From NCBI RefSeq assembly GCF_001194135.2, contig NC_068984.1, positions 32,705,017-32,769,016 on the forward strand: a stretch of 64,000 nucleotides of DNA. The letters are read 5' to 3'. Of this stretch, positions 40,277 to 53,481 are shown piece by piece. The position numbers and the translations under genes are program-made. The number at the start of each line of letters is the position of its first letter. The stretch's first letter is position 1. The notes under the pieces were generated by a model that had not been told where the DNA came from, searched no databases, and worked only from the letters and a program-made list of their open reading frames with translations. The stretch is from Octopus bimaculoides. Taxonomy: Eukaryota.

Positions 40277-40425
40277 TCAGCGTTCGACTGGTACTTATTT
40301 TATCGATCCCGATGAATTGAAAGGCAAAATCGATTTCGGCGGGATTTGTACTCAGAACGTAAAGTAGGAGGGAAGCTGCTAAGCATTTTGTCAGGCGCGG
40401 TAATGATTCTGTCTGCTTGTCGCCT
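40277..40425 (-). mobile_element. SINE family B (5' part)
   Basis: gactggtacttattttatcgatcccgatgaattgaaaggcaaaatcgatttcggcgggatttgtactcagaacgtaaag. Confidence 0.7.
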
Positions 40426-41061
40426 GTGAGACACAAATAATATTGAAAATAAGGATTTATCATTTATATATGTATGTGTGCCTAATCTTATGGTATTATT
40501 TTAAAAATTTCTTATCAGTAGAGAATTGCTGGTCTCCTGCTGATTGTATGTATGCATGTGTCTTTTCTATTTTTTAATTATTATAAATCTTCTGTCGAGG
40601 AGGGAGCAGGTTTCCAACTAAGGTACAAGGCTCCGTCTTTGAAATGTAGTTAACACAGAGAAATTCGCATTTGAAACTTGACAAAAGTCTTGCATATTTT
40701 TACTGTTCCACTCACAGATTGCACTTGTAACGTAACGAATTAGCCGATCGATTTCTCTTTCTGAAAATCCCAGTTTATCCAGTTGTATGTATGTATGTAT
40801 GTATGTATGTATGTATGTATGTATGTATGTATGTACGTATGTGTGTGTGTGCGTATGTATTCATGCAAACATGCTTATATGCATGCATGTGTGTGCGTAA
40901 CTACCAAATTTCTATCCATCCAGATGACTGTATTGTTTTGAGTGTCTTTCTATTTGTACCTCTTTCGATTTCTCTCGAAGTTTTCACTTTTCCAAATCTC
41001 ACACATCCAATTTAACGTTCTTTTGATCTGTTTGCAGCATTTCTCCCTTAACCTATGTATG

Positions 41062-41073
41062 CACACGCACACG

Positions 41074-41171
<98 letters not shown>
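41062..41171. repeat. (CA)n microsatellite
   Basis: Directly visible. Confidence 0.95.
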
Positions 41172-41172
<1 letters not shown>

Positions 41173-42554
41173 TTCTAAATATATTGATCTCTCTCTTCTA
41201 TTCATATACTTCACCCACTTTCTGCTTTGATCTCACAGGTTTTCTTTCTATCGAGATTTCTCCTTTCAGTGTATAGTCTTTCACTGTCCACCTCATCCCA
41301 CCTCTCTCACTCTGTTTCTCTCTCTCTCTCTCTTTCCCCTTGATCTTTTTACTTTCTTATCGTACTTTTTCACCTCTCTTTTAAGTCTACGGCTATTTAA
41401 ACAATGACAAAACTTAAGTAGAAAAAGATGTTTGGTTAGCTAAGATGCCACCTCTTACATAATCACAAGCTAACGACTCACATTAGTCCTAGAGTAAATA
41501 TACTTTTTACTGCATATGTTGCTGCCATACTTGTTTATCCTTGTCTCTTCCCCCAAGCAGACACTGAGTCAATGACAATAGATATCTTTTTCACGGACGC
41601 TGTGTACACTGACAACGTATGAACGGCAGACATTCGGCTAGTAGACCGATGCAATAATGATTTGTACAACAGAGGTGACTGCCATATCAACCATACATTG
41701 CAACTTCATTGTAGTCGCAATGACTTTTACGGCACAAACGCAGCTAAAGTTCAATGAAATAGGTCCTATAGAGTTGTTAGCATTTATTTTATCTTGAATG
41801 GTGCTGATACTTCAGCCTGGAAAGTAAAGAGACGATAGAAAATACCTTGTGACTTAATGTCTGCCATTCAAACGCTTCAACCAGTCGTGAGTATACTCAA
41901 TAACTGCCTGTAATCTCTACCCGCTCTTTTTTCGTCCATTCAGTAACCAGATCTTCATTCCAGGAGCAATCGTTGAGCAGTTCTATAACTGTCACACATT
42001 TTTCTTTCTGCCAGGTTGACGCGTACCAATTTGGTTCTGTGTCCCAGATCAATCATCATGCTCTTCGATATTGAAACATCACCCGTAAGAAAATACGGTT
42101 TGCATTACTTTACAACCTTTCTGTCAGAGTAACCGTTTTAATTTCTGTCACCCACAGTTTAAATATTAAACATCCACACCTACGAAATTAAATAAATTCC
42201 CAATTTAAGTATATTAAATGTTAGAGTTAAGACTATAGCTGGAGCATTTTGTTATTCATGGCTTATAATGTTTACTCATTCTTATATCACCAAGAATGTT
42301 ATACTTTGTTATGCATTTTAGCCTAGAACGACCATTTACCATAACATTCCTTCTCTAACATTTCGTTATTTGCTTACAACAAAAATGCTGGAACATCACT
42401 AGAAGTATATTGATGTAACGATCTTAAGTGATTACCTCAATAGTGGTAGCTACCTTCTTTATTCAGAAAATACATCTCCATTAGAGCAGGAACATTTTCA
42501 GCATTTACAGTAAAATCATCAGTAACGAAATTCAATGTGATATCTCAACCTCTT

Positions 42555-42722
42555 AAAAATAGCAGCCATATTTTCCTAAAACTACCACCTTAAAAGGAGC
42601 GCGTTTGATGCTATATACCTAGACAGATTGACTTCAAAATAAAAGTCAGGATGAACAAAATAGTTGGACTGTATTTGAACACAGGTTTACTCGACTAGTT
42701 TTGACTGGGAACCAAACAACAA
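42555..42722 (+). repeat. Dispersed repeat family D tail
   Basis: aaatagcagccatatttt...gaacacaggtttactcgactagttttgactgggaaccaaacaac matches family D landmarks. Confidence 0.4.
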
Positions 42723-43034
42723 AAACACATATATGATTAAAGTCCTTGGCAACCCCACTGTTCTTAGTTTACTCGATGAGTGAGAAATGTTCGTACTGTA
42801 AATAATTAGAAATTATGTTTATCAAAAGAAAGGCGTCACAGAAAACATCAACAATCAACCATAAACCAGAGTAAACTTATGATATTAGTGTTATCTACTA
42901 TTTGGAACACCAACTGCCTCTTTAGAATATGGGCTCTTTCAGGATGAATGCAGTGACATGAAGAAATGACTAAGAGGGTACCGCTATGCGCTTTCCCGAA
43001 GTGCGAAATAAATCACTAGAAATAAGAACGAAAT

Positions 43035-43238
43035 TTTTTTTCTATAGGCTCAAGGCCTGAAATTTCGGGGCAGGAGATAAGTCGACTAAATCGACTCCAG
43101 TGTTTAACTCGTACTTATTTTATCAACGCCGAAAGGATGAAAGGCAAAGTCAACCTCGGTGGAATTTGAACTCAAAACGTAGCGACGAGCGAAATACCGC
43201 TAAGCATTTCGCCCAGTTTCCTAACGGTCATGCCAGCT
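43035..43238 (-). mobile_element. SINE family B, near-complete
   Basis: aaggcctgaaattt..tacttattttatcaacgccgaaaggatgaaaggcaaagtcaacctcggtggaatttgaactc..gaaataccgctaagcatttcgccc..gccagct. Confidence 0.85.
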
Positions 43239-46200
43239 TCTTATACTGCAACTAAACTTTGAAAAAAAGGGCGCATTGGATAGTGCAAGCCTTGATAAAG
43301 AGACGGATGTTAAATTGAATGTTTGTTGTTGTTGCTACTTCCACTGCAAGCCGATGAGTTTGCAAAAAGGTCATTATTTTCCCTTGCTGAAGCCGATCTA
43401 ATCTCATAGAGAACGTTATGTTTTCCAATCCGTCTTAGTTTGCGATGTCTATTGTGGGTGCCTTTTCATTCATTCCCCATTCTCTGATTGAATAGATTTT
43501 GTGAGCTTGAAAGTGAACTCGGAATGTAGCAGTTGGTTATCTACAGCTTACTGAGACAGAATAGTTAAAAGCTGGAGATTGTGTAACCCTTCCTTATATC
43601 AGATATTTGGCTTCAGAATAACCAACTTTGATAATCAGTGCGCTCAACGTACGTAGATAGAATTTCAAGATTAAATCCCGGAATACTTAGTAAATCACTT
43701 CTAGGACACCAGATCTAATGCTACTGATTAGCGAGCTACTGCGCAAGAATGAAAGTAAGCTAATTGAAGAGGTAAAATGAAAAGAATAGAAATGCTGATA
43801 TCTTGTAACAGAAAACACAAATGGTCAAATCGATAGAAGAGAAAAGATTTCTAGTAAAGACATTTTACTAAGGATGATCGGTAAGAATGATTGTTACTCA
43901 TTTATGTTAAACAGAAATACTACAGTGTTTATGCTAAAGTGCGACCTCTACAGCACAAGGGTATGAAAGTTATTTGATTGATCTGAGTGAAAGAGGCACA
44001 ACATTGAAACACAGTTAAAATTTGGTCTTTGACTAACTAAAAGGAGCCTGAGTTCCAACAAGCCCACATGTATAACTCTGGTATGTAAAGAGGCGTGGGA
44101 AACTTATAATCACCATTATCTGAAGAAGTGATTAACTGAGGCATTAACTCACTGTGACAGGAAAATTTGCCTTATTAGAACATGTCAGATTTGTTAAGTT
44201 GACGTCAATTGCAATTAGCAGAAGTGAAAGTTTTCCCAGTTATCTTTCTATCTGAAAGTGACCAAGCTTCTGAGAGACGAGGCAGACAAGTGAGTTGGGC
44301 ATAGTAGATCCTTCTTTTAAACATAGAATGAAATTATTTCATTCAAACAATGAGGTTTCTATTTGCCCTGAGTAGTATCGTCTGGAAGCTTTAAGTAGGA
44401 CATTATACGCACCATGCAATATATTGTAGATAGCATTAACATTAGAGCTCACCCAAGTTGGGCTCTGACTAAATTAGATTAATTGAAAATATTCACCAAC
44501 GTTACTCCTCCGTACCTGGTGGCTCTGGAGAGTGCGACTGACAGTGATCCTTTCAGATATTCGAGCATTGCATCTGGCAACGACATATTCATGGTTTATC
44601 ACGTGTGTTCTTTTACATAACATTTGAGTAATTTGTAATTTTGAATATTTTCTCTAACTGTTAGATGTAATTAAAAGCATCCGTCTGAAGCTATCGCCGT
44701 GGTGATTCACACCCAGCTGATATGGCATAGGTCTATGCAAAAAACAACTGTTAAGCAGAAACATTTTGTGCGTTTGAAACTAAACGCTTGGACAGCTAAA
44801 TTCATACTACCGAGCATTTGAACTGAGAAATAAGTTAAAGTGTTTCACTCGGGAAAGAGGAAACAGGACAAGATAACGACTGACGTAATTACTTCGTCAG
44901 AAATGGTTGGAAAGACAGCTATCCCCGAAAGGCTGAGCAAAGATAATTAATACTTTCATCGCTTTGCTGTTGTATTACTAGCTGATTCGCGTGCTTTGCT
45001 CATATTAAGTGTTACTCTTTCAGATATAGTTGAAAAAATGGTTTCTCTGATCAAAAACTGCCAGAATCCACCCTACTGTCTAGGGTTACTGTTCAAACAT
45101 TCGTGAATCATTTCTAGAACTTTAGATTAACTATACAGTATTCTACGGCAAAACAGTTCTGCAGAAACAGGAAGACACGTCCTGCATAACCTAAAAGTGT
45201 TGTTGTTGTTATTGCTGCTGCTGCTGCTGCTGTTGTTGTTATAGTTTATTTCAAGATCAGCTATGACTGCAAATCTAAGACAAAAAAATATTCCAGTCAT
45301 GACAATCTTATTTGTTTTAGATACACTGCAGATAAAACTGTATCCATTTCTCAAAGCGCGGGTATAATTTTGACGGAAATTTGTCCGCTTTTTCTAACAG
45401 TTGAGCGACAACATAGAAGTGAGTTTGTTGTCTCGTATTTTCTTGGACTTTTGCCCTGAAATAGAGTAGAAAACCATACGACAAAGTTTCGAAATATAGT
45501 GTTTTACAGGGCTTTTATCTAATTTATTTTAGGACTTACTGTGAGTTAAGTGCATAAATGGTAACACATTGCATTACTGTAATAGTCATTATACGAAACA
45601 TTATCCAGTAACTAGTGAGGATGCTAACTGAATATAAAAATATATATTTGCAAGGGAAAGAACTCTTTCCTCTTGCAAGGGAGGCTACTCTGTAGCTTCT
45701 ATATCAAATATGCCGACAATCTAATTTTCATTAAGTTCCGTACATCAAACACACACACGCAGATACATGCGCGTGCACACGCACGCACACACACACGCGC
45801 ACACACACGCACACACACACACACANNNNNNNNNNNNNNNNNNNNNNNNNNNNNNNNNNNNNNNNNNNNNNNNNNNNNNNNNNNNNNNNNNNNNNNNNNN
45901 NNNNNNNNNNNNNNNNNNNNNNNNNNNNNNNNNNNNNNNNNNNNNNNNNNNNNNNNNNNNNNNNNNNNNNNNNNNNNNNNNNNNNTATATATATATATAT
46001 ATATATCCATCCATCCATCCGCCCGTCCGTCCCACCGTCCATCCATCTATCCATCCATCCATCCATCCATCCATCCAACCATCCATCCATCCATCCATCC
46101 ATCCATACATACATACATACATACATCTGGACAAACTGGGATTTTCCGAAAGAAAAAATCGACCGGCTAATTCGTACATCACAAGTGTGCAATCTGTGAG

Positions 46201-46415
46201 TGACACAGAAAAATATGCAAGACTTTACTCATGTTCTAAATTTGAATTTGTCTATGCCAACTAATTCCCAAAGATAGAGCCTTGTATTTTTGTTGGGACC
46301 GGTTCCCTCCTCAGTGGAAGATTTATAATAATTGAGAAAATAGAACAGACATATATACATGCAGACATACATATGTATATATGTATGTATGATTTTATGT
46401 ATGTATGTATGTATA

Positions 46416-46450
<35 letters not shown>

Positions 46451-46880
46451 ATGCATGTATGTATGTATGTTTGTATGCATGTATGCATAAAGAAACCAAT
46501 AAAGAGTAAAACTTTTCTTCCTTATTTTAAAAAGCTTTATTCGTTCATTCAGGAATATTCCTCACTTATGTGTAACAAATTGAAACAAATAAAGATATGG
46601 AAAATGGTCTGTCATAACAAAAAAAAAAAATAAAAGGAAAACATTTTTCTTAAGACATCAGCTGAATAATTTGCAGTCATGTCTCTTCTTACCCAAGAAG
46701 AAATAAAATTGTTTATGTTCACGGTGTTTAGCTCAATACCACTGGGTGGTGCAATTGCACACACACACACACACACACACACGACGTACACACACTTATA
46801 CTAACGCTCTCATATACACAGACACGTATACATACGCACATTCACACGTTCACATACCTATCTATCTATCTATCTATCTA

Positions 46881-46919
<39 letters not shown>

Positions 46920-47154
46920 TTCTATCCATCTATCTATCCACTGCATCTCTCTGCAACCATCTCTGCATAAGTATGTCTAAAAGACACTTACTGAACGAGC
47001 AGTATAGTGGGGCCGAACTCGTAAGTATATACTTTTGATTTGAGTTTCTGAATGAAATGATCGCAGCTGGAACGCCTAAAGCAACGACAAAGAAAACAGC
47101 AACAAAGATAATGTCTTTCTAGTTATTTCGTGCGATAAAATCTGCGCGGTAAAA

Positions 47155-48122
47155 GTCATTTTACTGCAGCCTTGCTGAAATACCGCCTTTAGTCGAACAA
47201 ATCGACCCCAGAACCTATTCTTTGTAAGCCTAGTACTTATTCTATAGGCTTCTTTTGGTGAAGCACTAAGTTACAGGGACGTAAACACATCAAAATCGGT
47301 TATCATATGATGGTGGTGGGGGAACAAACACATACACACAAACATATATATATATNNNNNNNNNNNNNNNNNNNNNNNNNNNNNNNNNNNNNNNNNNNNN
47401 NNNNNNNNNNNNNNNNNNNNNNNNNNNNNNNNNNNNNNNNNNNNNNNNNNNNNNNNNNNNNNNNNNNNNNNNNNNNNNNNNNNNNNNNNNNNNNNNNNNN
47501 NNNNNNNNNNNNNNNNNNNNNNNNNNNNNNNNNNNNNNNNNNNNNNNNNNNNNNNNNNNNNNNTCCGATCTATATATGTGTGTGTGTGTATGTATGTATA
47601 TATCTAATTTCAAGAGAGTTAGACGTTGTGAATCCAACCATCTAAGGCATAAGATCTATCAAATATACTGCTGGTAGAATACCCAATTATTGTTTCACAA
47701 GTGTTTTTCATTGCATGGCAATTACACTACTGAATGTAATAAATGGGTGGGGGTAAAAAGTTATTTTACCCTTAATTTATACTGCAATAAGAAAATGGAG
47801 GAGATCAAGAGGTGGTATTCATCAACTTTTAGACATTATATTATGTCTATTTATTTATTAAAAAAAAAAGCAATTATAACAATATACTGTTATAATTTTC
47901 TTTTTTAATATATCGATAGACATAATATAATGTCTAAAAGTTGATGAATACCACCTCTTGAACCCCTTCACTCTTATATATATATATATATATATATATA
48001 TGCGACGGGCTTCTTACAGTTTCCGTCTATCAAATCCCCTCACAAAGCTTTTTTTCGGCCCGTGGCTATAGCAGAAGACATAGTAGCCGAACCACGTGGA
48101 TGGAAAGCAAACTTCTGCGCCT
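47155..48122 (-). mobile_element. SINE family A split by a gap plus a ~430-bp insert in its internal microsatellite
   Basis: Tail 47155-47345 (ccgcctttagtcgaacaaatcgacccc..aagcctagtacttattcta) and head 48003-48122 (cgacgggcttcttacagtttccgtc) lie in the same orientation, separated by gap 47356-47563 and non-SINE sequence. Confidence 0.7.
47805..47961. repeat. Long palindrome with perfect 46-bp arms
   Basis: 47805-47850 tcaagaggtggtattcatcaacttttagacattatattatgtctat is the exact reverse complement of 47916-47961. Imperfect inner arms close on a 6-nt loop (47882-47887). Confidence 0.95.
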
Positions 48123-48469
48123 ATAAATAAAATTTAGCATTCTAAATTTTGAAGTGGTTTAGAAAGTTGTTTCCCTTATTATACAGCTTTAAATAATATA
48201 AGCGAAACTCTTCAGAGTTATTTAACTTGGACTATGCTATTGTTGGTAACCCAATGGAACATAATTACCAGCCTTGAACACAAATTCAAGAAAGTATAAA
48301 AAAAAAAAAAGTTCATGGGAGACAACTCTTATAAAACTAGGTTATGCATATTTCAATTATGAAGTTCTTTCCCTTTGATTAAAAATGTTTCTCAGAAATA
48401 GCGCAATTCTCAATATATTCTTTTATTTGTTTCAGTCACTTGACTGCGGTCATGCTGGAGGTAAATTTT

Positions 48470-49300
48470 TCCCTATCAGTGAGACGAAAGGGATTGGCCC
48501 ACATTCTTCATATTGATGCCATAAGAAAGATATGAACAATATGAATGGACTTCTTGAGGGCGACATTCATGAAAGGAAGTACTTGAAGAAATGATTTGTC
48601 CAAAGTCTAGGGTGAGTGTTACGCATAAGTAGGATGATGAAAGGAAGAAATACAAGGAGGAGAGCTTGACTGGAGTGATTATGAAGTCAACTATCTGTGA
48701 AAAATCGAGAGCGTCATAGAAGCGAAAGTAAAGGCCAAAACCTGGAGACAACCTGGCCGTCTTTTTATACTAGATAGTCGTTTGCTTCTGTCATGGCTGT
48801 TGTGAAGGACGTCTGTATGTTCAGTTACTGCACCAACCCAAATATGAGAGCAATACTCCATTGCAGGCCTCACCCCCAACTCTGTACAGTATCAATAATT
48901 ATTGGGACCTGAAGGACTCCTGGCCACGGAGAACATGCCAGTTGTTGGGATGCAGTTTATGACAGTGAGACACACTAATTGGAACGATTTTGATGTTTGT
49001 AGCTGAGTGCTGTTGATGACTGATGGCATAATGGTGATGATGTTTCCTTCATATGATTCACTTTTATTCTACAGTTGAAAATTGTTAAAATTACCATATC
49101 TTCATTGAAGAAACCTTTCGAGTTCTCTGTGCACGGAGACATCGTATGCTGTGTTTTGATTGTGAACAGAGAATGTAATTAGATTGGGAGAAGACTGTGA
49201 ACACAAAATATTATGGAGAAATGAAGGAAGGTGTCGTCTACATAACGTGGGTGTTTTTAGATGGAAGAAATCGTTTCAACTCTGCACGAAAATAATTGAC
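48470..49300 (-). mobile_element. CR1-type LINE RT and C-terminal remnant
   Basis: Minus strand: YVDD (49233-49244) then TFLHFS; LILYR/GVRPAMEYCSHIWVGA (typical LYKAQVRPxMEYCSHIW); and a degenerate WNSLPSH-like QSLSSH. A family A tail fragment abuts it at 48420-48462. Confidence 0.7.
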
Positions 49301-50615
49301 TGTTGTTTGAAGGTCGTATAATTTGAGGGTTCTAACATGCATGGAATGATCATTGCTGTTGTGACTGTTGTTGTGTTTAAAGACTTCTTCATTCCATAGT
49401 AAGCAATATGGTCTCAACCATTCTAGCAGCAACCACCCTGTGTTTAATTTTTTTTATGTGATAATATGCATACGCAGGGTAGTTTTATGCTGTATACACT
49501 TCCAGTTTTGGGACAATATGCGATTTCAGGGAAATTTGGCAGATATTTCTAGCAAATATGGGCAGTTCACGACACCTTGTGAAGACGTCAGTTTATGTAA
49601 ATGTGTTCGTTTACATAACTTGTTTGTTTATGTAAGTGTACACATGCGCGTAGGTACACACACACACACACACCTCACACACATATACACACACACTCAC
49701 ACGCGCACATTTGTATGCGTGTATATATCTATGCATGTACGTCTGTGTGTCCCAGTGTGCGTGTATGTGTGTATGTGGGGTGTGTGTATAGATGTATGGG
49801 TGCGTATTCGTAAATCCATGCGTGGTAGTTGCATCTACTTCCTTCTTGTGGTAAGTGTGTGCGATTACAGACTTTGTGTGATGCCTTGGCAGTCATAAGC
49901 TAGGTATCAGTGACATGATGCGAGCTGATGTTTGTCGCATACTTATGTTGCATTCTGTCTGTTACTCTATTCAATCTATCTGCGTACGTAGGCTCACGTA
50001 CAACTCCTAAACAGAAACAAAGATATACTTCCACACACAACATGCAAAAATACACAGATACACTCTCACACATACATACACGCAGGTGCGCAAATACATA
50101 CACGCACACCGACTCACCCTCATGTTATAGAGATGTGACTTGATGCTTGTCATGAATATGTCGTAATGTTGCTTGAGTGTATGAGTGTGTCCCGCTTCAT
50201 ATTCCTTCATCACTAAATAATTATACGTAAAGTGAAATTACGAAAATCCCCAAGCTCAGCATAAACACAACGTGTAATCGTTACAAACAGTTAGAACGTT
50301 GTGTACTTGACGAAAGCTTCATTAACATACATTGTTCAACTGGTGGTCTTTCCTGAATTGTTCCGATGTAGGTGATCACCAACTACCTTAGTAGCTGTCT
50401 TGAGACGTTGAGCTTCACAAAAATAGGAAGGACACCGTTAATTAAAGCAACAATGACAATTACAAGCCATTAATGGAAGTGTAAGTATCACATTGCAGAC
50501 GTTTAGCCTGTACTACTCACACACTGACACACACACACTGATACATACATGTATGTACATGTATACGTATATGCATGTACATACACACACGCTCGCGCAC
50601 AGACACACACTCATA

Positions 50616-51079
50616 AAATCTCTATTCGTGCTTGAAGTAGTATACAAACCAAAGAGGTAGTGTTTATTGCTACTTTAATGTGGCTATTCTCTTAGTGACG
50701 ACGATACTGCTATTTTAACCCCAGGAAGACATCTTCTCCAGCTGGTAAATTCAATGCGCTTTCGCACCCCGATATTTATTAGAAGCGGGAGATAACTCCT
50801 GCCACCTTAGCTTCGAGATTATGAGACCACCAGATTTCGATCTTACTGGATTTCTTTGGTGGTGGGCACTCGTTTGCCAGGCATGGCAGTAGTCTAAATA
50901 CCCTTGCAACATATGGAAAATACAGTGTTATTAAATCACTGATTTTGTAACTAGGAAACTAGTCCGTTTGCAAATATCTGTTCGCGATCGAAGCAGTACA
51001 CGAACCAAAAAGGTAGCGTTTACCCCACTTTTATGTAGTTGTTCTCTAAGAGACGACGATACTGTTATTTTAACACCAG
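50616..51079. repeat. Diverged ~109-bp direct repeat (two copies)
   Basis: 50616-50724 and 50972-51079 align almost without gaps (gaaccaaa.aggtag.gttta..gacgacgatactg.tattttaac.ccag), roughly 80% identical by eye. Confidence 0.8.
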
Positions 51080-51469
51080 CTTGTTAACTCGTTTTTCCCA
51101 CCATCCCTAGCTAAAACTTCTATGTGAGAAGCGAGTGAGGAGTATCACCGGATGATAATGAAAGAGGAAGTGAGCGTGATGCACAATTACGTCCCCTGAG
51201 AATAAAACCGACAAGACTGTTTTTAGCATGAATGACGTTGAAATTGCCCACAAGGCGGAATATTCCAAGAAAAACACCATTAAAAACCAATTCTGTCGAC
51301 AGCAAGAACTGCAGCAAACGATAATAACGCAATTTCAAGTGGAACAAACTAGAAAAACCGTGGAATTCAACAACACCGAAGATGGAAACGAAAACCAACC
51401 AAAATCATAAAGTGTGCGATTTGACAAACGACACTATCAACACCGAAGACTACGCTAGACAAATATATC

Positions 51470-51517
51470 AGCAACAACAATAGCAGCAGCAGCGGCAGCA
51501 GCAGCGGCAGCAGCAGC

Positions 51518-51560
<43 letters not shown>

Positions 51561-51645
51561 GCGGCGGCGGCAACAGCAGTAGCATCAGCAACAACAACAA
51601 CAAGTATAGCAACAACAACAAGTATAGCAACAACGAAAGAACAAA
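51470..51645. repeat. (CAG/CGG/CAA)n trinucleotide array
   Basis: Directly visible, including (cagcagcagcgg)x3. In-frame TAG codons interrupt the poly-Q frame. Confidence 0.9.
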
Positions 51646-51988
51646 CCGTCAAGCCAGTATAATGGCAATTACAAACAGCAGTCTCTCTTTCGCTCATGGA
51701 ACCAAGTCCTCTTTTGAGAGAGTAAACTTCTCTAAAGAAGAAATACAAAACACCAGATAATTGGTCGAGCGAGATGGCCTAACTGTCAAACTCAACACCC
51801 GTTCGACACCACTCAAAATACCGTACTTCACGCAGTGACATACAGTGCAATTGGACTAAAGTCAAGAAAGGTGGAATGAACTACTGAGGCTCAAACCAAA
51901 AAAGGCATGAGGTTCCATTTGGATCTTAAAAGAATATATCCAAAGAGGAAGGTGTTATGGAACGGTGGAAATGAGATTTCAAACAAAG

Positions 51989-52344
51989 GAGGAAGCAAAA
52001 TCTCCCTGTCTGGATGCCATGAAAAGGGAGGGATTCTTTTTATTTCCGTGGTTGGTACTTGTCGTCAGTGGTTTGTTATAGGAGACGCAGACATGCGCCA
52101 CTCTATAAAGGTCAATGAACACCAGACACTATTGTAAAGATCATCACGCCGCCTTCTTTTAACCAGGTGGAACAGTTTTTATATGCCTGGTGGCCGTGGC
52201 GAAAGAGGAAGCAAAATCTCCGTCTTGATGCCATGAAAAGGGAGGACTTCTTTTTATTTCCTTGGTTGGTACTTGTCACGCCACCTTCTTTTAACCGGGT
52301 GGAGCGGGCAGTTTTTATATGCTTGGTGGCCGTGTCGAAAGAGG
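51989..52344. repeat. ~132-bp unit tandem repeat (one full copy plus two half copies)
   Basis: gaggaagcaaaatctcc..gatgccatgaaaagggagg..ggttggtacttgtc occurs at 51989-52063 and ~52205-52275; tcacgcc.ccttcttttaacc.ggtgga..gtttttatatgc.tggtggccgtg.cgaaagagg occurs at 52144 and 52276. Confidence 0.85.
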
Positions 52345-52827
52345 TTGCATGGTGGACGAGATTGAAAGGGCTGAAGACAAAAACACACTTTCTTCTTTCG
52401 CCTATACCTCATAAACTACTTCATATCTCACTTGATGAGAAAATAAGACTGGAGAGTGATGTGTTGCATGCCAACCATTTTGTTCGAAGGTAGATAAAAG
52501 TAGCGAGTGAACAGGCCTGCCTTGAGCATACGCCTGTAAATGGAAATAAGGAACCGAGAAAAGACACCTGCCCCAGAAGTGAAGGTAGCTGTAATTGTAT
52601 GTGTTTTTTTTTCCATGAGCATCCTTCGAACGTCTCCTCGCTAATGAAGAATTCTCATTGCTAAAATCTCACTATTTCCTTTCTTTTCTTAAGACTCACA
52701 AAACCCTCACACACATAGAAACACAATATTTTGTCCAGTGCCTTCCTTAATGTTTTTCTTAACGTAATCCGTAGTGGTTGATAAAACCATCACCACCACC
52801 ACCACCACTACCATATATAAATAGCCC

Positions 52828-53385
52828 ATGACCTTGCAGGTGAGGCCCAGTTAGAATTTTCTTCAGGTCTAGTAGCCCATCCCGCTCAAAAGGTCCCTAC
52901 GTTTCTAGAATTGAATTATTCAAACCCCAAAGAATTCCTTTCAGCACATAGCTGTGATGCCCCCCCCCCACTACTTCTACTTGTGATCAGAGATGCACAT
53001 ATCATCAGTCACCAAAGGACATGATCAACTGGTTATTGTCAAGCAACTGACAAGCAAATATGTGGTATTGAGCAGAATATTAGCTGTAGCTCATCTTTTA
53101 TACCAAGACAGAGCACGTACAAGAAGACATGTGAGCAAGTACTTGTTACTGCATCAAGGCACTGTTTAAGGATTTTGAATGAAACACCTATGATTCCACA
53201 GGTGAATTATTCAAACCCCAAAGAATTTCTTTCAACACATGGTTATGATGTTCCCCCACTACTTATGCTCGTGATCAGAGACGCACATAACGCCAGCTAC
53301 CAAGGGACATGATCAACTGGTTGAGGGTCAAGCAACTGACAAGCAAATCTGCGATATTGAGCAGAATATTTGCAGTACCCCTTCC
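52828..53385. repeat. Dispersed repeat family E, two tandem ~180-bp-homology units
   Basis: tgaattattcaaaccccaaagaatt..gtgatcagaga.gcacata..ggacatgatcaactggtt..gtcaagcaactgacaagcaaat..tattgagcagaatatt occurs at ~52914-53090 and ~53203-53375. Confidence 0.75.
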
Positions 53386-53386
53386 C

Positions 53387-53481
53387 CTTCTTCTTCTTCT
53401 TCTTCTTCTTCTTCTTCTTCTTCTTCTTCTTCTTCTTCTTCTTCTTCTTCTTCTTCTTCTTCTTCTTCTTCTTCTTCTTCT
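53387..53481. repeat. (CTT)n microsatellite
   Basis: Directly visible, about 30 units; it explains the poly-L and poly-E ORFs. Confidence 0.95.

Noticed and set aside
48420-48480. SINE A tail abutting the CR1 remnant as evidence of a shared LINE/SINE 3' end
   Set aside because: The CR1 here is truncated before its end, and the other CR1 3' end (7665-7980) is followed by different sequence; a deletion or insertion junction is more likely.
51228-51600. 60-aa ORF and downstream poly-Gln as a coding exon
   Set aside because: In-frame stops flank and interrupt the CAG tract, and there is no recognisable homology.
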